IMG/VR virus record: IMGVR_UViG_3300035145_001735
Span: 1 to 59,973 of that record
Strand: one strand, 5' to 3'
Length of the DNA stretch: 59,973 bases
From: a virus
Taxonomy: Duplodnaviria; Caudoviricetes
The notes below the pieces were generated by a model. It was not told the DNA's origin, made no database searches, and saw only the letters and a program-made list of their open reading frames with translations. A program made the position numbers and the translations under genes. Positions 8,786 to 15,711 of the stretch are shown here, in pieces (position 1 is the stretch's first letter; every line of letters begins with the position of its first letter).

Positions 8786-10405
8786 ATGCGTTTAACTGAG
8801 TTAGTAGAATCTAAAACTGTACTAAAAGAAGCAGCACCAATTATATTACCAATAATCGGCGCTGTATCTCCTCAAACAGCAGCACTCATTGCAAGTGCAT
8901 TAGGATTAGGTGCGTTTTATACTAGCGATCAACTTAGTAAAATAAAAGTCGATTTTCCAGATGCATTTGAAAATTTTAATAATACTATAAACAATACTCA
9001 ATTCAAAGCACTAGCGGGCAATCCGTTTATTGCAACTATGCTACTAACTCAGCAACTCATTAATAATCCAGAAAAGTTTAATGACAAAAACGCAGTAAAC
9101 GATTTGGCTAAGTCAGTAGGTGCAGAGAGTTCAGAAATAAATGTTAGTGCAAGACCGGAAGTTACAGCAAAAGGTGGACATACAAAGCGTAATCAAATCA
9201 ATGCGCAACGTGCATGGGATGCAGCATACGGTCAAACACACTTTCACACAGGCGAGGTCAATCCAGATGCGGGTAAAATAGATCCTGCGTTAGTAAAAGC
9301 CAATATTATGGCTCAGCCAGATTACTATGATCCCAGAGGTAAAGATCAAAGAGCAACACCAGCAAGTGCTAAAAGTCCTGATGCAATGACACTTTCGCCT
9401 GAAGTACGTTCTACAGTAGATCAAGCAGCCGACGAAATGAGTGCACAAATTGCAGCAGGTGAAGATCCTGCAGTTATTGCAAAAAACTTTGTAAGCACAC
9501 TAAAAAGTGAAATTTCACCAGAAGACGTTCCAGATATTAGTGCAGCACCTACAGTAGGTCCGGCTGCCACAGATGCGCCTGCACCGCCTTCGTTTAGCAA
9601 AGGCGACGAAGTTTCATATACATCACGCAGAAATCCAGATGGTGCAACAGCAACATTTGTACAGAATTTAGACAACGGAATGGTACAGTTACAAAGAGAT
9701 GGTGCAACATTTGCTATAGATCCGGTAAACATCGACACTACGCCTCCTGCTGCACCTGCAAAATCTCCAAGTGCACAAACAAGTGCTCCTACTATGACAC
9801 CTAATACAAGTAGTGATGCTGCGCCAAGTGCACCAGAAAAAGATACAAGTATTAGTCGCAGCACTTCACAAACATTAGATGTGCCAAAAGACGATACATT
9901 AAATCCACCGGTTGCACAAGCACCGAGTGTTCAAATTAAAGCACCGGATCAACCGTTAGCGCCTGATCTTATAGGAGATATGCCTACAGATGCGATGCCA
10001 ACAAGAAAAACAGACAAACCTATTAGTAAAGCAGCACAACTTCCATTGACTGCTCCTACTGGTATAAAACAACCTGCAATTGGATTAAATCCTCCTAAGG
10101 ATACTACAAGCGATGCTCCAATTGCTGGCCTTCCAGATGTTGCAAAAGGACAAGATGCTACAAGCACTGATGCAACATCTGCAAGTCAGGCATTGAAAAA
10201 AGCGGCAGCCGCAGCAGGCATTGCAGGTGCAGCCGCGACTAATCAAAACTTAAATAGAAATCGTGGAGGTAAACGTGGTGGGAAAAAACGCAGACTCAGA
10301 CTTCCAATTGGATTACCAAAATTACCAGGAATCAAAGAGCCAAATGCAACTGCAATGCGCTTTAGTCCTATTAAATTAGCAGATCCTTTAAAACTAAACA
10401 GATAA
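8786..10405 (+). CDS. Pro/Ala-rich probable virion protein with hydrophobic N-segment and basic C-tail
   Basis: MRLTELVE...VLKE|AAPIILPIIG; long low-complexity P/A/T/D region; RNRGGKRGGKKRRLR tail. Confidence 0.7.
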   Translation: MRLTELVESKTVLKEAAPIILPIIGAVSPQTAALIASALGLGAFYTSDQLSKIKVDFPDAFENFNNTINNTQFKALAGNPFIATMLLTQQLINNPEKFNDKNAVNDLAKSVGAESSEINVSARPEVTAKGGHTKRNQINAQRAWDAAYGQTHFHTGEVNPDAGKIDPALVKANIMAQPDYYDPRGKDQRATPASAKSPDAMTLSPEVRSTVDQAADEMSAQIAAGEDPAVIAKNFVSTLKSEISPEDVPDISAAPTVGPAATDAPAPPSFSKGDEVSYTSRRNPDGATATFVQNLDNGMVQLQRDGATFAIDPVNIDTTPPAAPAKSPSAQTSAPTMTPNTSSDAAPSAPEKDTSISRSTSQTLDVPKDDTLNPPVAQAPSVQIKAPDQPLAPDLIGDMPTDAMPTRKTDKPISKAAQLPLTAPTGIKQPAIGLNPPKDTTSDAPIAGLPDVAKGQDATSTDATSASQALKKAAAAAGIAGAAATNQNLNRNRGGKRGGKKRRLRLPIGLPKLPGIKEPNATAMRFSPIKLADPLKLNR

Positions 10406-10419
10406 CATTGGAAAATAAA

Positions 10420-12213
10420 ATGAAAAATATTGAAGCAGCAAAAAACATATTAGACATTGCAAAAGAATCGAGAAACAAATTTGCAGTAACAGGTACAGAG
10501 TTTGATAAAGTTCAAGCAAATATGTATAGTGTATTTGAATGTTATGCACATGGAGTTATTAGTTGGGACACAACTAAAAAATATTTTCAAGAAAGCATTA
10601 AAAAATACTTGTCATTGCACAAAGGCAATATGCTTAAAGAAGAACGTGCTTCAATGAAAGAAGAATATAAGCGTATAGTAGTAGAATATAAAATTGCACT
10701 AGACGAATATAAAAAAGTTAACGAGCAAAAACTATCTAATAAACTACTAAAGCATGTAGGTTTTATTGGTGAAAGTGCTGCACAGGCACAAAGTAAAAAA
10801 TACTACAATGAACGTGCACTAACAGAATCAGAACTAAAAGATACTACATCTCTTTCATGGGAACGTGTAATGGAAGCATATCCAAATCTTACTACAAAAG
10901 ATGAAGACCGTATTCGTATGCTTACTATTTTCGAAGGTCCGACATTAGACACAACACAAATGATTACAACTGTAATGAAAGAAGATGACATTAACTTTAA
11001 TCCTAATGCAGGACATATGGATCAACCATCACATCCACAAAATAAAGGATTAACAAAACGTTCAACAAGTCCACGTCCTAAACTACGCCCTAAAAACTTT
11101 GATCAAATTGTACAACGTGCAGGTATTCAAAAAGCATTACAACAAGCAATGGGAGAAGGTTATAAAGAACTACCTCCAATTAACAGAGATCGTTATCAAG
11201 AACGTGATGGACTAGAAGGACCATTTAGCACACTAAGTGGCAAAGTTGTATACTATGATCCAAAAGAAGGTGCATACTACGATCCAGACACTGACATGTA
11301 TATGTCATATGATGAATTCCGTAAGTTAGACGACGACTACAAAGGTATGGAAGAAGGACATAGTCCACATCCAAAGGGTAGTGCAAAGTATAAAAAGCAT
11401 ATGGCTGCAATGCACGCCGGTATGAACGAAGAAATGTCAGACGATGAAGTAGATGCGTTCCACCGTGAACTAGACAAGATAGTACACAAGCATTTAGGAC
11501 ATAGTTCAGATGAAGTAGACGAACGTAAAATGACCAAATCTGAAAAAGCAAAAGAAGAACGTTTAAAAGACAAATACGACGACAGTGACATGAAAGCGTC
11601 AATGAAAAAGCAGTACGGCGATGATTGGGAAAGTGTGTACTATGCAACTATCCGTAAGCAAGCAATGAGCGAATGGAATGGCGACGACCAGTATCAAGCA
11701 GTTGAAAATTTCATTGGTATTGCCCTTGATACATTTGAACAAATGCTAGACAATGGAGAAGATGAACTTCGTGCTAGAGCAAAAGCACATGATTATCTCA
11801 AAGGCGAACTAGGAGACTTGGGTGTTACTCACGGTGATATTGAAAGCAAAGAATACCATGGCATGTTAGAAAAAGAAATAATCCAAATCATGAATCGTCG
11901 TGACAAAGGTATGCGTGAAGGTCATGCACCCGATCATAATATGCAAGCACGTATGAGATTAATGAAAATCTTAAATAAAGCTATCGAAGATAGTAAAAAG
12001 AAGCGTGGCATTGAAGATGAAAAAGATCGCACTGATGAAACAGTAGCAGGTGCTATTGCTGGTGTCGCACAGCCATTGGGCAAAATGCAACGCCGTAAAA
12101 AAACAGATGAAGCACATCCTAACAGTAAAGTATACGATAAGTGCTGGGACGGATATGAAAAAGTTCCAGGTAAAAAGCGTGGTGAACCAGGCTCTTGCCG
12201 TAAAAAAGACTAA
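10420..12213 (+). CDS. modular probable internal head polyprotein
   Basis: Series of short modules separated by MKE/MGE/MEE/MNE/VDE/MSE/MRE/TDE; ends in a KCWDGY...GSC module; TTG 10408 is an alternative start. Confidence 0.7.
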   Translation: MKNIEAAKNILDIAKESRNKFAVTGTEFDKVQANMYSVFECYAHGVISWDTTKKYFQESIKKYLSLHKGNMLKEERASMKEEYKRIVVEYKIALDEYKKVNEQKLSNKLLKHVGFIGESAAQAQSKKYYNERALTESELKDTTSLSWERVMEAYPNLTTKDEDRIRMLTIFEGPTLDTTQMITTVMKEDDINFNPNAGHMDQPSHPQNKGLTKRSTSPRPKLRPKNFDQIVQRAGIQKALQQAMGEGYKELPPINRDRYQERDGLEGPFSTLSGKVVYYDPKEGAYYDPDTDMYMSYDEFRKLDDDYKGMEEGHSPHPKGSAKYKKHMAAMHAGMNEEMSDDEVDAFHRELDKIVHKHLGHSSDEVDERKMTKSEKAKEERLKDKYDDSDMKASMKKQYGDDWESVYYATIRKQAMSEWNGDDQYQAVENFIGIALDTFEQMLDNGEDELRARAKAHDYLKGELGDLGVTHGDIESKEYHGMLEKEIIQIMNRRDKGMREGHAPDHNMQARMRLMKILNKAIEDSKKKRGIEDEKDRTDETVAGAIAGVAQPLGKMQRRKKTDEAHPNSKVYDKCWDGYEKVPGKKRGEPGSCRKKD

Positions 12214-12219
12214 GGATAT

Positions 12220-13023
12220 ATGAAAAAACGTATTGCGATATTAGGTTGCAGTCACACAGACTGGCAACAAGGATCCAGAGCACGTCGAGGCTGGGTAGAA
12301 CAATTAGCAGTACAATTTCCAGATGTTGAGTTTCACAATTTTGCTCGTATGGGACACGGTTCTCTTTGGTTTGACTTTGTATTAAAGCATCTTATTGCAA
12401 ACTATGAACCGGATTACTTCAGTGCAGTAATTGTGCAACTAACAGCACGTGGACGTTGGCTGTTTCCTTTAAGACACAGCGTTGACAAAGATCAATGGCT
12501 GTCACATGTTTTTAAAAAACGTCCAATTGGTAACTACTATACACATATGTTAAAGTCACATCGTGTAGTAACTACACAGCACGGTACGTTTGAAACTGGT
12601 AGTTATATACGAGATTGGGAACACGAGCCTTGGGCCTTCAGAACAGATACTGATATAGCCAATGATATAGGAAAACACTATCAAAATTGGCATCCACACG
12701 ACAACTACGATAACTTTAGTTTACAGTATGAAGATCTATTTGGAGATACACTGCTAAAGTTATACAGACCACACTTTAGAAACTTTTTCTACTTTACATT
12801 TTTCAACAGTTATAGTCCAAAACCCGAGGAATATAAAGAATATCACGTTGGAAACATCGGACCGTCAAAACCTTTTGTACAATGGGCTATCGACAAACAC
12901 GGTGAAGAAAAAGTAGTATTAGACATGTTTGATAACACCTGGCACACAAGCCAACAAGGTGAGGACATATTTGTAAATGAATATATACTGCCTAGCGAAA
13001 TAGGCAACTACTTGAGGAGTTAA
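12220..13023 (+). CDS. SGNH/GDSL-hydrolase-like protein
   Basis: AILGCSHT block I, NFARMGHG block II, VIVQLT block III, C-terminal His (NTWH). Confidence 0.55.
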   Translation: MKKRIAILGCSHTDWQQGSRARRGWVEQLAVQFPDVEFHNFARMGHGSLWFDFVLKHLIANYEPDYFSAVIVQLTARGRWLFPLRHSVDKDQWLSHVFKKRPIGNYYTHMLKSHRVVTTQHGTFETGSYIRDWEHEPWAFRTDTDIANDIGKHYQNWHPHDNYDNFSLQYEDLFGDTLLKLYRPHFRNFFYFTFFNSYSPKPEEYKEYHVGNIGPSKPFVQWAIDKHGEEKVVLDMFDNTWHTSQQGEDIFVNEYILPSEIGNYLRS

Positions 13024-13025
13024 TA

Positions 13026-13202
13026 ATGTCTTGTAAATGTAACAACTGTCATTGTGATCATCACTGCGGTACCGAGTGCCCAACCTGTGCTAACGATGTA
13101 TGTCAACGATGTGAATGCGAGCATTGTGCCGAACGTCCAATGAAACAAGTAGAAGAATGGCAATGGGCAGACAGTGGTGTAGAAATGGGGTTTGCTCACT
13201 GA
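13026..13202 (+). CDS. metallothionein-like Cys/His-rich peptide, 58 aa (not in ORF track)
   Basis: Hand-translated MSCKCNNCHCDHHCGTECPTCANDVCQRCECEHCAERPMKQVEEWQWADSGVEMGFAH; GAGGAG SD at 13014-13019; TGATG coupling to the next gene. Confidence 0.8.
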   Translation: MSCKCNNCHCDHHCGTECPTCANDVCQRCECEHCAERPMKQVEEWQWADSGVEMGFAH

Positions 13203-13795
13203 TGCATCCAGAAGAACAGGTATGGAAAAGTATCGATCCCAGTGATATGTGGGTATTAGATAAACTGATACTTGCTACAAAAATGGGATATCGTTGTGGC
13301 CCTGTTGGTGTACCAGTAGACGAGCCTGGATATTATATTGTGCGTCCATGTGTTAATCCAATTGGACTAGGATTAGGTACACAGATAGTGTACATAAACA
13401 ACAGCACTGATCATCTACCACCCGGACACTTTTGGTGTGAAATATTTACAGGTAGACATTTAAGTGTAGATTATCATTGGGGCTTACAGGTACTGTGTGT
13501 CGAAGGTTTTAAAAGCAAAGACACGTTTACTCGTTGGAATGAATGGAAACGCACAAAAGATTATGTGAACAGACCCAGTTTGATTATGCCGTTTTTACAG
13601 CGTTACGAGTGGGTAAACTGCGAGTACATTGACGGTAATCTAATTGAAGTTCATCTGAGGCACAACATAGACTTTGAAGGTGATGTAGATCATTTTATAC
13701 CAGTGTGGGAAGGTGACAGTACATACCCACCAGATGGTTACAGATATATAGATTATCCGGATATACACGGGCGGATTGGGGCCTTTGTTAAATAA
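13202..13795 (+). CDS. ATP-grasp-like protein (compact phage family)
   Basis: Start moved to ATG 13202; YIVRP..N..GLGLG, EIFTG...SVD and VNCEY..GNLIEVHLR resemble ATP-grasp motifs. Confidence 0.5.
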   Translation: MHPEEQVWKSIDPSDMWVLDKLILATKMGYRCGPVGVPVDEPGYYIVRPCVNPIGLGLGTQIVYINNSTDHLPPGHFWCEIFTGRHLSVDYHWGLQVLCVEGFKSKDTFTRWNEWKRTKDYVNRPSLIMPFLQRYEWVNCEYIDGNLIEVHLRHNIDFEGDVDHFIPVWEGDSTYPPDGYRYIDYPDIHGRIGAFVK

Positions 13796-13816
13796 ATACC
13801 AATACATAAAACAAGG
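13782..13816 (+). promoter_or_regulatory. late promoter ATAAATA inside an imperfect stem covering the endolysin SD
   Basis: CCTTTGTT (13782-13789) vs AACAAGG (13810-13816) with one bulge; ATAAATA 13792-13798. Confidence 0.45.
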
Positions 13817-13825
13817 AATTGTAAA

Positions 13826-14677
13826 ATGGCAGTAGAAGATTTTGAATTCGATTTTACAGAAGAAATGGCAATCGAATTACTACGTGGAAACGAAGAAGCA
13901 GAAGATTGGTATGACGCAATGTGTGAAGTTCTTCCTCTATGGGAAGTAGACACACCAGAACGTGTAGCAATGTTTATTGCACAATGCGGACACGAAAGCA
14001 ACAACTTTAAAGTACTAAGCGAAAACTTGAATTACAGTGCAAAAGCACTCAATGCTATTTTCCCAAAGTACTTTGAAAGGGCAGGTAGAGATGCTCAAGA
14101 ATATCACAGACAACCTCGTAAAATTGCTAACGTCATTTATGCCAATAGAATGGATAATGGGGATACTGATAGCGGTGATGGTTGGAGGTACCGTGGTGGT
14201 GGAATACTACAACTTACAGGACGTTATAACTATACTCAATTCGGAGCAGAAGTAGATATGACACCAGAAGAAGCAGTAGAATATGTGCGTACCAAAAAAG
14301 GTGCATTAGATAGTGCTTGCTGGTTCTGGGATACAAATGATATTAACAAGTATGCAGATGCTAGAGATATCAAAGGTGCTACAAAACGCATTAACGGTGG
14401 CTATATTGGACTAGAAGATCGTAAGAAGCATTACGAACACGCAATGGAAGTGCTAGGCGGACATTGGGAGCCAAGCAAAATTGTATACGAAACAGTGCGT
14501 TTAGGATCACGTGGTCCAACAGTACGTGCAGTACAAGAAGAATTGGAAATTGGTGCAGACGGAATTTTTGGACGTGGCACTGAAGCACATGTAAAAGCAT
14601 GGCAAGAAGAAAATGGACTTACACCAGATGGTGTTATGGGTCCAATTAGCCTTGCTATGTTGTTTGGAGAAGACTAA
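13826..14677 (+). CDS. glycoside hydrolase family 19 endolysin with C-terminal peptidoglycan-binding domain
   Basis: FIAQCGHES, ENLNYS, GDGWRYRGGGILQLTGRYNY, TKRINGG; GADGIFG...WQEENGLTPDG. Confidence 0.9.
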   Translation: MAVEDFEFDFTEEMAIELLRGNEEAEDWYDAMCEVLPLWEVDTPERVAMFIAQCGHESNNFKVLSENLNYSAKALNAIFPKYFERAGRDAQEYHRQPRKIANVIYANRMDNGDTDSGDGWRYRGGGILQLTGRYNYTQFGAEVDMTPEEAVEYVRTKKGALDSACWFWDTNDINKYADARDIKGATKRINGGYIGLEDRKKHYEHAMEVLGGHWEPSKIVYETVRLGSRGPTVRAVQEELEIGADGIFGRGTEAHVKAWQEENGLTPDGVMGPISLAMLFGED

Positions 14678-14868
14678 TGGCAGAAACAGATGATAAAGGT
14701 AAATTAGAAGTAAGTGTCCGCATACTAGGAAATGAGTTAGTTGCACTACGTATGGACGTAGATGACTTTAAAATGAAATGGTTGGTAATGGGTGTTGTTG
14801 CTATTGTTGCACTAGGCTGGGCAGCAGGTAGTTTCGGACCCGAACTAATCAGTATGTTCGGAGAGTAA
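14677..14868 (+). CDS. small membrane protein (lysis cassette candidate)
   Basis: One hydrophobic helix WLVMGVVAIVALGWAAG; coupled to the endolysin stop. Confidence 0.6.
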   Translation: MAETDDKGKLEVSVRILGNELVALRMDVDDFKMKWLVMGVVAIVALGWAAGSFGPELISMFGE

Positions 14869-14869
14869 T

Positions 14870-15055
14870 ATGGATGTAGATCATTATGTAATGAAACTAA
14901 AAGAGCACGAAGCAAAAAGAATATCAACTAATGATCGAAACAAATATTGGAGAGAGTACAATGAATTGGTTAAAAAACAGATTAAAAGAAAGAACCACAC
15001 TGGATGGACTGATGCTAGTAGCGGCTGGTTTGGTAATGGTAATGGCACCGGTTAA
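14870..15055 (+). CDS. hypothetical protein (3' half overlaps next gene)
   Basis: GGAGAG SD; fills the gap before 14961 but overlaps that gene by 95 nt. Confidence 0.4.
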   Translation: MDVDHYVMKLKEHEAKRISTNDRNKYWREYNELVKKQIKRKNHTGWTDASSGWFGNGNGTG

Positions 15056-15113
15056 CTTAGTTGGCTATGCCGCAATTGCATATGGCGCATGGACTATTTG
15101 GAAGTCTGAATAA
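14961..15113 (+). CDS. holin-like two-TM small protein
   Basis: Start moved to ATG 14961 (GGAGAG SD); MNWLKNRLKERTT followed by two hydrophobic segments. Confidence 0.6.
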   Translation: MNWLKNRLKERTTLDGLMLVAAGLVMVMAPVNLVGYAAIAYGAWTIWKSE

Positions 15114-15391
15114 TGTGGGATATGATTCAAAACATGGCGAGTGATCGCACATGGATTTATACAAGTATTGCTGGTAGTATTGCAGGTGCAATGGTACTGG
15201 CATATTTAAGCACAACTAGATTAGGCTTATGGGGTTATGCTAAGTTTGACCGTATGGTAGATTACTTAGTAGAACGGTGGGGCCTTACTTGGTTAGAACA
15301 ACCAGAGGATGCTTGGAGAAAGAAGTATCCTAAAATTACAGCAAAAATAGACAGCATAGAAAAGCGTCTAGAAGAATTAGAAAAGCGTTGA
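15113..15391 (+). CDS. membrane-anchored small protein
   Basis: N-terminal TM (IYTSIAGSIAGAMVLAYL), C-terminal coiled coil. Confidence 0.65.
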   Translation: MWDMIQNMASDRTWIYTSIAGSIAGAMVLAYLSTTRLGLWGYAKFDRMVDYLVERWGLTWLEQPEDAWRKKYPKITAKIDSIEKRLEELEKR

Positions 15392-15406
15392 CAAAACGCT
15401 TTTTTT
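15381..15406 (+). terminator. intrinsic terminator ending the late/lysis block
   Basis: AAAAGCGTT-GACAA-AACGCTTTT stem-loop running into a T tract. Confidence 0.65.
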
Positions 15407-15416
15407 ATCTTATATT
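15388..15416 (+). promoter_or_regulatory. sigma70-type promoter for the replication block
   Basis: TTGACA-N17-TATATT. Confidence 0.8.
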
Positions 15417-15450
15417 CATAACAATATAACTAACTTAAAAGGAGTAGCAT

Positions 15451-15711
15451 ATGCCTACACGTTCTTTCAGTGACAGCGAAATCACAAAACTTAAACAAAT
15501 TGTAAACGAAGGTATTCAAGTAACAAGCGAAATCGAAACCCTCAAAGGCGGGTTAAGCGATACTGTAAAAGCAGTAGCAGAAGAACTAGATATGAAACCA
15601 AGTGTTATCAACAAAGCAATTCGTATTGCTTACAAAAACGAATTTGCACAAGTACAAGAAGGTTTCAATCAAGTTGAGGAAGTACTAGCAGCAGTTGGTA
15701 AAGGCGTTTAA
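15451..15711 (+). CDS. phage dsDNA-binding protein (T4 DsbA/GapR-like)
   Basis: 86-aa helical protein, VKAVAEELDMKPSVINKAIRIAYK pattern; directly upstream of the polymerase. Confidence 0.6.
   Translation: MPTRSFSDSEITKLKQIVNEGIQVTSEIETLKGGLSDTVKAVAEELDMKPSVINKAIRIAYKNEFAQVQEGFNQVEEVLAAVGKGV

Noticed and set aside
9421-10167. Antisense ORFs in the Pro/Ala-rich gene
   Set aside because: Shadows of low-complexity coding sequence with no SD or motifs; the same applies to most short antisense ORFs in the track.
13115-13201. Extension of the ATP-grasp-like ORF
   Set aside because: The region is better explained by the Cys-rich peptide gene; TGATG coupling supports ATG 13202.
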